A DNA stretch of 64,000 nt, taken from the NCBI RefSeq assembly GCF_009914755.1, contig NC_060926.1; one strand, given 5' to 3'. A program made the translations under genes and the position numbers. Every line of letters starts with the position of its first letter. Position 1 is the first letter of the stretch. Shown here in pieces: positions 41,061 to 58,072 of the stretch. The stretch comes from the human T2T-CHM13v2.0 reference genome, Homo sapiens. Below the pieces are notes generated by a model that did not search any database, was not told where the DNA came from, and was given only the letters and a program-made list of their open reading frames with translations.

Positions 41061-43377
41061 TTCTCCATTAGTTGCCTGACAAAGGCAAAGTCTTCATCAA
41101 AAAGAAGTAAATAAAGAAAGAGGAAGACTAGTGTCAAGCAAACAGAGGATTAAATTTAAAGGAGTGATAAAGGGAATCCCCCGATGATGGTAACTGACTA
41201 AAAATCCCTGGGACAACACTTGTGAACCGTATTCAATAGGCTGTCTAACGTCCACAAGGTAAACAGGAACAGATACTTGCAAAGTGAAGTTTACTCACAC
41301 GTGTCAGATTAGTGGAAGTTAGTAGCTTGAGAGGAAGACAAAAGTCAGAAAGAATTTAAAACATTATTGACAGTAATTCTTAGTGACTAAGACAAAAGTT
41401 GCCCAGCAGTTCATTGGTGGAACCACAGAAGTCTGTCTGGAGTTCACTGTAAGCCCAGGAAGCAGGGACATCAATGAGACTGTTCTGGAGCCTTGCATGT
41501 GCCATAATTATGCTTTTGCCTGAGATTACTATTAATATAAACTTCACATTCCAAAGAAGAATCTACTCTCCATTACAAAAGCCCAAGGTAAAGAAAGTCT
41601 GAGCAATGAACGCTTCACCATGGTTTCTTGTATTAGAGAAAATGAAGGTTTCTGAATAGCATTTAAAAAATGATCATGGAAATATGCCAGGAAGGAAAAG
41701 GTTTCCAGGAGGCAAAGGGGAATTAAAACATGTGTTGATAGAAAAATGTGTTTAGTTGATAGAAAGAAATTCAGAACTATTCAGGTTGTGCTGTGGAGAA
41801 TAAAACTTTCGTACCAGAGTGACAACTTTGATATCTCTCAACTATCAGAGTCTATAAAGTAAAATCATGTTATTTAGATATCAGCATCATGTTTTTGGCT
41901 CAACTTAGTCAAAGACTAAATTTAATGCAACTTTAGATGTAAATTAGATTGTTAGGGAAAGGAATGCCTTCTGAAGTTCTGGGTAGTCCAGAAACCATCA
42001 AGTAATGAAATTAAGCAAGGAATTAAGAGCAGTGCATTCTATTAGACCTCAGGTAGGTTTATGAAATTTCATTTAGGTGAGTCATAGATGCAGAAGTGCA
42101 TGAACAAGTTATAGATAGTAGTTATGGCTCTCAAGGATCAAACAAGCAGTGGCTTCAGGGCTTTAAAGATATTTCTTGTACATCATGATCTGAGGATTCT
42201 AATGAAAGAATTGGAGATACAATGCCTTATTCTTTAGTGTATTTTGTCTTACAGTAATAAAAACAAATGCATTTATATGTGTATATATGGATAAGCACTA
42301 TAGTATTACAAATTAGGCAGACTGAGACATGAGGCATCCTGGTACCTTCGCAATTTGTATCAATAAGAAAGGAGCAGAAGCTGAGACTTTGAAGAACATA
42401 AGACCTGCCAATCTTGAACAGCTAGCTTCTGGGGGACTAGCCAGGAATTCCAATGCCCAAAAATCAAAAGATATGGAAGCCCAATGCTGAGTAACTAAGG
42501 GTCCCCATCAGTCAGGTAGGGAAAGCATCAGAAATCCATCTGATGTTGATTATAACTCTTGTCACAGCAAGCTTCTTGCCAGGAGCCAGGATCCACAGGA
42601 GAGAGGCTTGATACAAGCCACATAGGGAGTTGGAGTCACAGCCAAGCGAATTGCAGCTTGAGGAGTATCTCAAGCCCAGCAAGGAAAGCGTAGCAGATTC
42701 ATGATCTGAATTAATATGGTGGGTAACAGGGGAGAAACAAAAACCCTGCAACAGAAGGTTTACATGCTCCAGGAGCTTGGCAGGACCATACCAATTACAA
42801 ATCAGGAATAATACTTCTAGACTGTCTATAGGTGGTGCTAAGAAAACTGCTTTTACTACCTGACCTGGTTAGGCTCTGCTAGGAAACTGGAGTCACTGGG
42901 GGCAGCCTGAGAGGGGCATTTTTGACTTCAGCTGGATAGACCTGGAGAATACAAAAGTAAAGAAAATAAGTTCATTAAGGACAACAGGCACATATCTCTA
43001 ACTACATAAAAAGAAGCGATGCGAGTCCTATTTCAAAGCTATTATATATGCTGTGTCCAAGGAACCCTTGTCAGTAAGGAATCAGAGTTTTTAATGAATA
43101 GGGTTATGGGAGTCCTATGCTATACATTTCTAAGCAGGTGAATGAAAATAAACTCCTGCACATTTACTCAGACAGATATTTGTTCAGTGTGGTAACAGGA
43201 AGTGTTATGTTTTGATCTCAGTAATAGTTCATGAAGCCTACTGGACAATCATGGAAATGATGATCAAAGCAAGGATATAAATAATCTATACATCTATACT
43301 TTATTTCTCCAGTAGAGTGTGAAAAAAAAATCTCATTAGCCTTTGAAAAAACTTGAGAAATAAAAGCAGATGTCTTA

Positions 43378-43680
43378 GGCCGGGTGCGGTGGCTCACGCC
43401 TGTAATCCCAGCACTTTGGGAGGCCAAGGCAGGTGGATCACCTGAGATCAAGAGTTCAAGACCAGCCGGGCCAACATGGCGAAACCCCGTCTCTATTAAA
43501 AATACAGAATTTAGCCGGGCATGGTGGCGCAAGCCTGTAATCCCAGCTACTGTGGAGGCTGATGCAGGAGAATCACTTGAACCCAAGAGGCTGGGGTTGC
43601 AGTGAACCGAGATCGCACCACTGCACTCCAGCCTGGGTGACAGAGCGAGACTCTGTCTCAAAAAAACAAACAAACAAAAA
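43378..43680 (+). mobile_element. AluS (Sx/Sz-like)
   Basis: Full dimer; TSD aaaa(g/a)cagatgtct. Confidence 0.95.
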
Positions 43681-45321
43681 CAGATGTCTGAAGAAGTCAT
43701 CAAGAAAAGCAACCAGTCAAAAAGAGATTTTAAACAGATACATCTTTAATGAAGTGGCTGAAGGTGTTTTTGTTGTTTTGTTTTTTCCTGCTTCATCCCA
43801 ACTGATCCCACAGAGTGTTGGTGGTAGGATGTTGAATGGCAGGGTATCAATCAGCACTTTTCCAAGTCTGAATGGGCTGTCATTCTACTTTCTTTGGTAA
43901 GAGAAGACTTAAAGTGGATGGAAAAATGCCTTGGCCTACCAAAAGAGCTTTATTCAGCAACCCAATCCAATTACTTTCCCCTCAGTCCACAGATACAGCA
44001 AACCTGGACCTGGAAAACTTGGAATACATCTTCATCTGTCCCTCTGATATACTTTCAAGGGAAAAATTATGAAGTCACCCCTTATAAAGGCTGTCCTGAT
44101 TCACAGAATATTCATTCAGTGGCTTTTCTTTATTTCATTTCTCAGAGTTCTACTATTTAACAACAAAAATTAAAATTAAAATATCCTTTAGTAGTTGGGA
44201 TACTTTTTTTTTAAGAGGATAGGTAACTTTTTCTATCTAGTTAATGGTTTGGGGATAGACAGGCACATCATTTCTAGATAAATAGATCTCCTACAAAGAG
44301 TCAAGTAATTTCTGTAACTTTTAACTTTTAATTTAACCCTAATATAACAGCCAATGGTTTTAGTGCTATAAGAGGTCTGAAAAGATTATCTTGCCCTATC
44401 CCCTATATTCTAACCAATAAAAGATAAGTAGACACATGCCTTCATTTTATGGAGTTCAATGCTACGCTCAGGTCTCACAGCAAATAAGAGGGTAGAGAAT
44501 CCAGGACATGTTTACCTCATGGGGAGAGCCTTGATCTACCACACCATGCTGCTTCTCTTCTAGATCTGTGGCTGATTTAAGCTGTGTTATTATAAACCAG
44601 GCCATAGACATTAACTCAGTAATTGAGTTTTGTGAAATTTCCAAGCTAGATGAAGGTGATTAAAGAGTGTCTTCTCAAAAACAACTTTAATATTAAAATT
44701 TAAATAGGTCTTGTAGAGTAAGTGTGGGTAATAATGCACATTTTTCCTCTTAGTAAAGCAGTAAATAATAGGAGAGTCATTGTTTATAATTTGTAATATT
44801 CTCATACCAATGCTTATAATTATACAATTCCTTCATATCACAGTGAATATATTCTGGTTGGGGATAAAATTCAAGTCAAGACTGTAATCAAAGAAACAAA
44901 AAAAAAAATGAAATCACTATACAGAAAGATATGGTAGCACATGCTGGTGAAGTGTGGTAAAAAAATTTGCATGTGTTCCCTGTGCCCCTTGGTGGATAAG
45001 ACTAGAAGACCTGATAAAGAAGGATATAGGAAACCTAAAATGGGATATTTCCAAATTGGAATAATGGGCTTTACACTATGCTACCCTTATTCCAGAGAAA
45101 GCCATCATTCTCCACCAAACATAGCTAAGCCAAAACCCTGGTTTTCCGAGGTAGCAGATTACCACATGGTATGCACTAAGAAGTGAGAAGTGGTGTTTCT
45201 GCAGATAGTCTGAAGATGGTTGGGTGGTGACTCAAGCCAGCCTTTGAGAAATCCTTATCTCCAATGGAAAAAGTGGGGATATAGAAAATACAGTTTACTA
45301 TCAAAAATACATCTTGTTATA

Positions 45322-45615
45322 GGCTGGGCCCAGTGGCTCATGCCTGTAATCCCAATACTTTGGGAAGCCAAGGCAGGTGGATCACTTGAGGTCAGGAGTT
45401 CAAGACCAGCCCGGCCAATATGGTGAAACTCCGTCTCTACTAAAAATACAAAAAGTAGCTGGGCATGGTGGCGGGGACCTGTAGTCCCAGCTACTCGGGA
45501 GGCTGAGGCACAAGAATTGCTTGAACCTGGGAAGCGGAGGTTGCAGTGAGCCAAGATCACATCACCGCACCCTAGTCTGGGCATCGCAGCGAGACTCCAT
45601 TTCAAACAAACAAAC
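45322..45615 (+). mobile_element. AluS (Sz/Sx-like)
   Basis: Full dimer; perfect 18-bp TSD aaaatacatcttgttata at 45304-45321 and 45616-45633. Confidence 0.96.
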
Positions 45616-46599
45616 AAAATACATCTTGTTATAAAATGTTATTAAAGTTATTGAAGCATATATTTCTGTGAAATATTTTTAACATACATTTTATGAAACT
45701 AGAGGTTTGATTTTTTACATTAACAGTGTAGACAAAGACCTCTATCTGGTAAATTATCATTTCTAATTCCAAGTGCATGTGACCATACATATTCCTATCT
45801 TATTTTAGAATAAAATTTTTTTGGTTTTTATATTGCTTGTAAAAATGCAGATATTTTATAACAAGATCTACAAATTGATTTTTCAAACACTGTGGTAACA
45901 ATATTTAAAGGCAAATTAATATAAACATGATATGATTGATGATACTTAGAAATATTTTTATTTTTCAAAAGTGGTAGTCTTTTAAATTTTACACTTGTAG
46001 GTAAGAATATTTCTGGAGAGCATGTCTAGACTGATTTATTCATATAAGTGTTATTTTATATACTGGTTTGTTCCTAAAAGAAAGTAAGGGACATTACAAA
46101 GGTAAAAACCGTATGAATTTATGTTCAGATGGCTAGGTTAATTCAAGGAAATACTGTAGACAGTTGTATTTGTCAGTATAGGGTAGGTTATACTTTGGTT
46201 GAAAAACATATATTAGTAGATTAATAAAACAAAATTTTGTAACTTGTTTACTATAAGTCTGTTGTAGGACAAGGTGACTCTTCAGGCTAAAGTCCTTCAT
46301 CCAAAGACTCAAAAAATTGATGCTGCATTTATCATCTTCCAGTGGGTTTCAGAGCATATCATTTTTAGTTTTGTCAAAATTTTTTTTAAAGAATCATTTA
46401 AATGGTATATGATGCTATCAATTCTAAATTTTGTTCTAAGCCACAAGCATCTATTGATATAATGTTAGGATATATATTTTTTTGTTTTCTGTTTTTGTGT
46501 TTTAGGGAGGATGATGCCTATATATATTTGCACATTGAAATTGTTTCTAGAATAACAAATAAGTTCATGTCAATGCTTACTAAATTTTTTTTGTGTGTA

Positions 46600-47725
46600 A
46601 TTTTTTTGTTAAACCACTTTATTGAAGTATGATTGATATATTAAAGGTCATAAATATTAAATGTACACAACATGATGGGTTTGGAAGTAGGCATACACCC
46701 ATGAAACCATCACCATAATCTATGCCATAAATCTACACATCACCTCCAGAGTTTTCTCCTGCCCTTATTATTATTGTATGTGTGTATGATAAGAATATGT
46801 AACAAAAAGTCTACCTTATACATTACAGTACTGTTAACTATACGCATTATACTGTACAGTAGATCTCTAGAATTTATTCATCTTGTATAATTGATACTTT
46901 GTACACTCTGACTAATACTTCCCCATTAATACCTCCCCCCAGCCCCTGCCAACCATCATTCCACTCTCTGCTTCTATGAATTTGACTATTTTAGATTCAT
47001 CATATAATCGAGATAATGCAGTATTTGTCTTTCTGTGTCTGGTTTATTTCACTTAGAATAATATCTTCTGGGTTCATCCATGGTGTTGCAAATGGCAGGA
47101 TTTCTTACATTTTTAAGGCTGAATAATATTTCATTGTATGTATATACCACATTTTCTTTATCTATACATCCATCAACAGACATTTAGGTTGTTTCCATTT
47201 CTTGGCTATTGTCGTGAACCTAGTAATACAGATATCTCTTCAAGATCCTAACATTAATTCCTTTGTATAAATACCAAGAAGTAGGTTTATTGGATCATAT
47301 GGTGGGGTTATTTATAATTTTTTGAGGAATCTTCTTATTGTTTTCCATAGCAGCTGCACCAGTTTACATTCTCACCAACAGTATACAAGTGCTCCTTTTT
47401 TTTCCACATCCTGGCCAATACTTCTTAACTTTTTTTATTATTAATACTCCTCCTAATATGTATGAGGAAATATCTCACTGTGGTTTTGATTTGTTTTTCC
47501 CTGATGATTAGTGATGTTGAGCACTTTTGATATAAGTGTTGGGCATTTGCATGTCTTCTTCGGAGAAATATCTATTGTGATCCTTTGCCAATTTTTAACC
47601 AGATTATTTGTTGTCGGGCTTTTGGAGGATTTTTTGGTATGGAGCTGTAAGGGTTCTTTATATATTTTGGATACTAATTCTTTATACAGACATATGGTTT
47701 GCAAATATTTTCTCCTATTTTGTAT
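46600..47725 (-). mobile_element. L1MB-type 3' fragment
   Basis: ctttattgaagtatgattgata...catacacccatgaaaccatcacc...; ORF2 C-terminal remnant to about 47725. Confidence 0.85.
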
Positions 47726-48234
47726 TTTGCAGGGTAGGTTTGTCTCTCACTTCATTTGTTTTCATTCATTGTATCTTCACAATATTTATACTTGTCACAT
47801 TGCTTTCTAAGTGATATTTGAAAAGCGTGTTTACATGGTATTCTTGCAATTGTAAAATCCTCCCAGAAAAACTGAATCTTTTACATTATCATGCCTTATT
47901 TTCCCTCCCTTTAAACCAGTTCTATAAGCATTTAAAACCAGTGACCTTGATAGGGATTTAAAGTGATACCATCTCACACTAGTCAGAATGGCGATTATTA
48001 AAAAGTCCAGAAACAACAGATGCTGGTGAGGATGCAGAGAAAAAGGAACACTTTTACACTGTTAGTGGGAGTGTAAATTAGTTCAACAAATTAGTAAATT
48101 AGTTCAATTGAAATTAGTTCAATTGTGGAAGATAGTGTTGTGATTTCTCAAAGATCTAGAGGCAGAAATACCATTTAATCCAACAATCTCATTACTGGGT
48201 ATATACCCAAAGGAATATAAATCATTCTATTACA

Positions 48235-48538
48235 GTCCGGGTGCAGCGACTCATGCCTGTAATCCCAGCACTTTGGGAGGCTGAGGTGGGCGGATCACTA
48301 GAGGTCAGGAGTTTGAGACCAGCCTGACCAACGAGTGAAACCCTATCTCTACTAAAAATACAAAAATTAGACAGGTGTGATGTCATGTGCCTTTAGTCCC
48401 AGCTACTCAGGAGGCTTAGGCATAAGAATCACTTGAACCTGGATGGCAGGGGCTGCAGTGAGTCGAGATCGCACCACTGCACTCCAGCCTGGGGTGACAG
48501 AGCAAGGCTCAGTCTCAAAAAATAAATAAATAAATAAA
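48235..48538 (+). mobile_element. AluS
   Basis: Full dimer with (TAAA)n tail; degenerate TSD aaatcattctattaca / aaaccactctattata. Confidence 0.92.
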
Positions 48539-48916
48539 CCACTCTATTATAAAGATATATGCACCTGCATGTTCATTGCAGCACTATTCACAATAGCAAA
48601 GACATGGAATCAACCCAAATGCCCATCAGTGATAGACTGGATAAAGAAAATATATACCATGGAATAGTATGCAGCCATACAAAGGAATGAGATCATTTCC
48701 TTTGCAAGGATATGGAGGGAGCTGGAATCCATTATCTTCAGCAAACTAACACAGAAACAGAAAACCAAACACTAGATGCTCTCACTTATAAGTGGGAGCT
48801 AAACAATGAGAACACATGGACACAGGGAGGGGAACAACAAAAACTGGGGCCTTTCATGTGGGGAGGTAGGGGGAGTGAGGCCATCAGGAAGACCAGCTAA
48901 TGAACACTGAGCTTAA

Positions 48917-50466
<1,550 letters not shown>

Positions 50467-50864
50467 ACTACCTAGGTGATGGGTTGATGTGTGCAGCAAA
50501 CCATCATGGCACATGTTTACCTGTGTAACAAACCTGCACATCCTGCACAAGTACCGTGGAACTTAAAAGTTGAAGGAAAAATAAATAAATAAATAAATCT
50601 AGTATTGATTTGGGTTATTTCAGTTTGTGTTCTCCAAATAATATTTGTTCAAAATAAAGTAATTTAGAAAATGCTCTAAAATGTGAAAGACTTACAAGAA
50701 TGTGAATGTAAGACAATATCCTTTAATTTTGAGGAATACTTTTGGACAAAGTATTAAGAGTCTATTATGTGCTTGGCATCATACTAAATAATAAGAGAAA
50801 TATAATACAAAGAGGCAGAAAGAGATCAGAAAGCTGGAGATGTGGGTACCTCACTGGTATCTCA

Positions 50865-52045
<1,181 letters not shown>

Positions 52046-52066
52046 TCTACATCCTATAACAGAGGC

Positions 52067-52390
52067 TGTCAGTGCTCTGCTCATGTTCATCAGATCTGCA
52101 GCCTTCTACCAATGACTCTCAGAAGCTGGTGTGTATTCACTTCAGCTACCTCACTCTTGAGGTTAAATAACTGTGAGGAGTGTGTTTTTCTCCTTTCTCA
52201 GATTTCCTCATTTGAGCTTCCCATAAGGTTAAACTCCAGTTGCCCATGGCAGTACCTTGGCTCGATACTGCATTGGATGACTGCCTTCTTTTCCCTGGAT
52301 CACTTCCCTCTTCCTTTACTGGTTTTCCCAGTACTTCTGAATAAATTACTTACAATCAAGATTTGTTTCTGGAGAAATTCAACTAAGACA
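52067..52390 (+). mobile_element. LTR16-like ERVL LTR
   Basis: aaactccagttgcccatggcagtac...tcacttccc...aataaattactt...tttctggagaaattcaactaagaca. Confidence 0.7.
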
Positions 52391-52599
52391 ATCAATCCAA
52401 GCCTTTTCTCTGAATGTTCTTTCTACTTTTAGATTCCTAACAGGGGTGCTACTGGCATTTGGGTAGCATATGTCCATGTCATATAATCTTGCCATTACCT
52501 TTCAGGATGTTTAGCATGTCTCTTCTTTGGACACAGAATTCCACTAGTTACTGTGACAGCCAAAAACTTAATACATGCATTTCCATATTTCCACGTGTC

Positions 52600-54000
52600 T
52601 TTCTCTCTCCCCTGGAAACACAGCTTTTCCTGTAGCCCTCTCAAGTAGAGCCAATATCTTCTCTCAGATGCCACATACCACTAGGCCAGTGGGGGGCTCC
52701 TTACTGCTTCCAGATCATTTTCTCTTCTTCCCCTAAAACCCCAGCTTTTAATATCATATTTTCCCACCATATTGCTATGATTCACTGTATTTCCCTTGAC
52801 CACTCCTCCTTATTCCTTAAAGATTTAGCCTTTAGCTGATTGACATTTTATCAAACACTATTCCTATAATAGTTCTTGGTGATTGTAATATTCACGTGGA
52901 TGATCCTTTCAACTCCATGGCCTCTCAGTTCCTTGACTTTCTCTCTTCTCTTCTTCAATGATCTTATCTGTCCTTCATAAGAGAACCTCCAGAATCTCCT
53001 ACCAAATACCTACCTGTATCTCTGCATCTGTGCCCACCTACTGCCTTCTTTTCTGTTACTATAAATGAACACCCTGTGCCTATCCAGACCAACATGTCTT
53101 CTAGTTCTAATCCTATACTTTCCTCCCCACTGAAGGATATAATTCTAGCAATTCATCTTGCTCTACCTGCGTCCCAAATTTTTCCCTCTTCATAGCAGTC
53201 AAATATGCTGCAATTCTGCCTATCTGAAAATGATAATATGCTCAACTGGTTTTTATTCTACTTCACTGGCTACTTTACCACAACCTACTTTGCTAGTTTT
53301 GCCTTGTCTCTTTGATTCTAACTATTGGAGGGCCCCCAGGGCTAAGCCCATGAACTTTTCTCTATCTATGCTGCTTACATTATAATTTTGTTAATTTCTG
53401 TGGCTTTCAATATCACATATAAAATGAAAATTCCAGAATTTATTTATCCAGTTTGATCTCACCTCTAAATTCCAGACTTATATATCCACTATCCTTTTTG
53501 ATAGCTCTATCTGGTACCTGATAAATAGTTCCAACTGGAAATTTTAAAAACCAAATTTATATCCTCCTATCCAAACATGCTCACTCAATAATCTTCTACT
53601 TAGGAAATGGCATACTCATCATTCCATTTGCTCAGACCAAAGTCCTGGCATCATTTAATTTCTCTTTCACACTCTACATCCTTACTTTATCAGCAAATCT
53701 TTTTGGCTCTATTTATATTAAAAGTATAAATAGAACTCAGTCACCACTTGCACCTCCATTGCCCCCAACTTTCTAGTCCGAACCATAATCCTTCTTTAAA
53801 ATTTCAATAGCCTCCTGATTGGGTTCCCTATTTTCATTTTCCCCCACAGTCTAATTTCACTACAGAAGTCAGAGTGATCCTTTTAAGACTTAAATCAGAT
53901 CATGTTATTACTTTGGTCAAAACTCTGTATCTTATTCGGAATAAAGGTGAATGTTCATGTAACAGTTCACAAGACCAGATAGAATCTAATCCCTCAGGCA
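52600..54000 (+). mobile_element. L2 LINE (long fragment)
   Basis: ttcttggtgattgtaatattcacgtggatgatcc, ggcctctcagttccttgac, aaattccagacttatatatcc, cagagtgatccttttaag..aaatcagatcatgt. Confidence 0.8.
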
Positions 54001-54034
54001 CCATTCCAGTCTCCTCTTTAACCTCTGAATAAAT

Positions 54035-54600
54035 AACTGGAGAATGGAGATAGGTTCCACATAGATTTTTGGAGGCAGAACTATTAAGACCTGCCAGTGG
54101 ATTTGATGTGGTAGGATTAGGGAAAGAGAGCAATAAAACATGGTAAACAACTCCCTAGTTTTTGGCCTGAGCACCTGGATATATGATTGTGTGTTAACTC
54201 TCATGGGAAAGACTAGGGCAGGAGTAGGTATGGGCCTACCTAATGCGTATTTGTAGGATGTGGTTACAGCAAGTAGATCCGAATTCTGTCATATACATGT
54301 TAGGCTTTAGGTACCTACTGGACATTTAAGTGAAGATTATGAGTATGCAGCTATAAAGTCTGGTAAGAGAAAACTAGGTGAGTGTATTTCATGAAATCTA
54401 TAGAAGATGCTGCTGTTACTAAAAGGATGCAATGTTGAGAGATTTTGATGCTGCTGAGAGATTTAGGAAAAACTGAACAGAGGCTGACAATGAATTAGAT
54501 ACATTCAGGTCATTGGTAACCTTGTGTAACCTTATTAGTGGAAAGATGGGATGGGTTAGGGACAGAATAGAAGGAGTGAAATGGAAGATAGTTTATACAA
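54035..54600 (-). mobile_element. L2 LINE fragment
   Basis: tttttggcctgagcacctggat...gggaaagactagggcaggagtagg...caggtcattggtaaccttg. Confidence 0.75.
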
Positions 54601-54639
54601 CTAACATGGTAGTAGAAAGATAAATTGATTCTGATTGCA

Positions 54640-55255
54640 TCTATTTTTAACCATCATTGTTGTGATATAATTAACATACCATAAATTTACCCATGTAAAG
54701 TATACAATTCAGTGGTATTCAGTGTATTCAAAAGATTGTACAACCATCACTACCATCTAATTCCAGAACATTTTCAATACTTCCCAAAGAAACCTCACCT
54801 TTATTAGCAGTCACTTTCCAATCTCCCAATCCCTGCCAATCACTATCTTCTTTCTGTCTCTATGAATTTGCCTACTCTGGACATTTCATGCAAGTGAAGT
54901 CATACAATACATGGGCCTTTGTGTCTGGTTCTTTCGCTTAGCATGTTTGCAAGGTTGCAGTGTCTGTCCATGCTTTATTCCTTTCTATGACTAAATATAT
55001 TCAATTATTTTATGGATATACCATATTTTATCTGTTTATCAGATGATAGACATTTGGGTTGTTTCTACCTTTCGGCTGTTAAAGATAAGGCTGCTATAAG
55101 CATTCATGTATGAGTTTTTGTGCGAAAATATTTTCATTTCTCTTGGGTACGTCCTAGGAGTAGAATTGCTATGTCATGTAGTAACTATATGTTTAGCAAT
55201 TTGAGGAACTGCCAGACTTTTCTAAAGTGGCTGCACCATTTTATATTCCCACCAG
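54640..55255 (-). mobile_element. L1MB-type 3' end
   Basis: gatataattaacataccataaatttacccatgtaaagtatacaattcagtgg...gaggaactgccagac...cattttatattcccaccag. Confidence 0.88.
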
Positions 55256-55289
55256 AAATTCCAACCAGATTTGGGTCTTTTAAAAATAT

Positions 55290-56225
55290 ATTCCATCTCT
55301 ACTTAGCTTTCTGAACATTTGGAACATAGTCACAATAATTGTTTTAGTGTCTCTCTCTGCTAATTATATCATCTGTGCCAATTTTGGGTCTGTTTTGATT
55401 GACTGGTTGCTCTCCCCATTATGAGATATGTTTTTCTTTTTCTTTGCATGCCCGGTAATCTTTGATTGCATGCATACTTTGTGAATTTGTTGGGTGCTGG
55501 ATACTTTTGAACTCTCATAAATCTTCTTGAGTTTTGTTCAGGTATGATGTTAAGTTACTTGGAAACAGTTTGATCTTTTCAGATGTTGCTTTTATGATTT
55601 GTTTGGCAGGTTGAGAGCAGTTCTCAGGCTAGGGCTAATTATTTCCCACCACTGAGGCAAGACCTTCTTGAGTACTTTATCCAGTGTCTATGAATTATGA
55701 GTTTTTCCAATCTGGCCGGTAGTGGGAACAGACACTACTTCTGGTCCTATGTATGTTATGGCCACATGTTCTCTCTACCTCCTCCAGATGGTCCTTTTCT
55801 AGGCCTCATGTAGTTTCTTCATAGTCATGATCAAAACTCTTCTGAATACTTAACAGAGATCCCTCTGCAGACCCCCAGGCTTTACTCTGTGTAGCTCTCT
55901 CTCTCCTCTATCACTCTTTCCTAAGAAATCTCACTGCGTTGATCTTCCTGGACTCTCAGCAATGTTGCCTCAATTCAGAATCATAACTGGGCTTCACCTC
56001 TGTTCTCCTACCACATGTCATGACCTGAAAACTCTCTCAAATTAGTAAACTGGGGCAATAGTAGGTCTCATCCATTTTATTTCCTATATTTCAAGAATCA
56101 CCATGTCCATTGCTTGATATCTAGTGTCATAAAAACCATTGTTTCATGTCTTTTGTCTGTTTTTGTTGTTGTTTAGTTGTTACAGGTAGGAGGGTAAATC
56201 TAGTTCTATTACTCCACCTTGATCA
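55290..56225 (-). mobile_element. Old L1M (MC/MD/ME) upstream-region fragment
   Basis: ctctctgctaattatatcatctgtgcc..gggtctgttttgattgactgg...taagttacttggaaacagtttgatc...aaatctagttctattactcca. Confidence 0.65.
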
Positions 56226-57863
56226 TATATTTTTTCTAAATCAGAGATAGCAGGGAGGACTCTGAAATGGCCCATCGTCAGTGCCTTTCCTTCCTTATTT
56301 ATGATGAGAATGAGAGCTTTGACTCAAATCATTTCTATGTATATTTACATAGTTGTTTCTCAGATCTTAAAAAACAGATGGGGCAAGCACTGATACCTCA
56401 AATAGATTTCTTTTTTGGAAACAAAATATTCCACTGAGGAATAGTCATTTATAGTATGGGATGCTAGCCCAAGCTTTGTCCTGGCAGAGTTTACAGATCC
56501 AAATGTCTGCACAGAGGCTTGACAGATGTGAAGCGTAGGCCAGATGTAATATGTGATGAACTGAGAACATGACAGTGAACTGGAGAGGCAGGCTTGGTCC
56601 AAAGTCCTTCAAATTCAAAAGCATGATGGCAAATAAAAGTGCCCTAACTTTCTGACTGAACTTAATCCCACTGTCTGCATCCAAAACTCTGACCACCCGC
56701 CTCAGTTATAAGATAGTTTTTATTTATTTATTTTTCACCAACCACAATAAGCAGCACTGAATAAGATTGTTTTATTAAAATATCTTGTACAAAAGTATCT
56801 TTAAAAGAGCAATACATATTATTAATTTTTGTACAGTGATATTATTATTAATGCCCGTAAGTCCTTCAAAGGAGGCTCACTGTCCCCCAAAAGAAGATTA
56901 ACTAGGAGAATGCAAAATCATAGATGAGGAAATAAGTGTAATTTTCCTGAAGCAGTAAGTATTTTACCAATCTCAGAATGTTTGTCCACAAAGCTTAGCA
57001 ATATACTCATGTCAAGGACAGTAGTTACATCTCTTTTATCTTCCCAGCAAAAAGTAACTCTTTTACTACAACCAGTTTCACCTGTTTTGCAACTTGCTTT
57101 GGTCAATATTTTCTTTAGCTGGGAAGAAAGCTAACTGACACAGTGGAGATGAAAAACTGGTTTTAGAAACCTATTGATATAAGCTAGAAGAGACATATTT
57201 GGAGACCTGGAATCAATATTTTAAATACAATAATTTCTAGACTTTACATAGTTATACTTTGGTTTCCAGTTCTCTAGAAATTAAATGGTAGCTAAGACTA
57301 CCATATTAGGAATTGAAATATGAATGATTCTACAGACCATGACTTAGCTGTGATGCTCATAAAATTCTAAGTCCTGCAGCTACTCAAGGTAGTCCATACA
57401 AGTACAAACCCAGAATATATGAGTCAAGAGTGAAATATATGTTCCTACTAATATTCAATCTGAGTTACCTTGCCTTTTAAAGGACATCAAAGGATTTCAA
57501 CATACAGTAGTCAGATATAAAGTGTTAGTGTGTTTTTTTTTAACACCTAGTAAAAATAACAATGTTATTAATTGTATGAAGAAGAAAGGACATCTTGGTT
57601 AGGTAGTCCGACCACAATACTTAACAGGAAGATTAGCTTCTCCAATGTAAATACTTAGTAACACACACTACTGCTGTGACAATCACCACTGACTTTCACT
57701 GTAGGGTTTTTGGATCTTTAAGGTTATATTTTATGACTGAACTGCATTTTTAAAAGATTTTTCCCAAATAATCTATGAAAAGCCAGACTTCTTTTAATTA
57801 TTGTTTGTTTTAACAACTTATATCAAAAAGAAGGCACATCTTTCCAAGTAGGTTTTGTTAAAT

Positions 57864-58072
57864 CAGTGGTTTTCAATTTGGGGCGGTTTTGTCTCTTTTT
57901 TTTTTTTTCCTAGGGGACATTTGGCAATGTTGAGAAATGTTTTGTTATAACTAGACAGGTGGGTGCTACTGGTAGAGATGCCACCAAAAATCTTACAATG
58001 CACAAGACAGCTCCCTACAACAAAGAATTATCCAACCTCAAAGGTCAATAGAACTGAGATTGAGAAATCATG
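57864..58072 (+). mobile_element. MER20 (hAT-Charlie MITE), full length
   Basis: cagtggttttcaa...ggggacatttggcaatgt...ttgagaaatcatg; perfect 8-bp TSD tgttaaat at 57856-57863 and 58073-58080. Confidence 0.92.

Noticed and set aside
42330-42930. GC-richer block that might be an ancient LTR or an exon
   Set aside because: No termini, TSD, family match or splice pair that I can support.
44982-44996. CTCF-like motif gtgccccttggtgg
   Set aside because: It mismatches a core position (CCACCAAG instead of CCACCAGG), so it cannot be supported without ChIP data.
52600-54600. Converging L2 segments suggesting a local inversion or large hairpin
   Set aside because: The overlapping L2 portions are too diverged; two independent ancient insertions explain it.
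56550-56660. Box C (gtgatga) and box D (ctga) spaced like a C/D snoRNA; three CAGATG E-boxes nearby
   Set aside because: No terminal stem and no recognisable guide sequence; short motifs are expected by chance.
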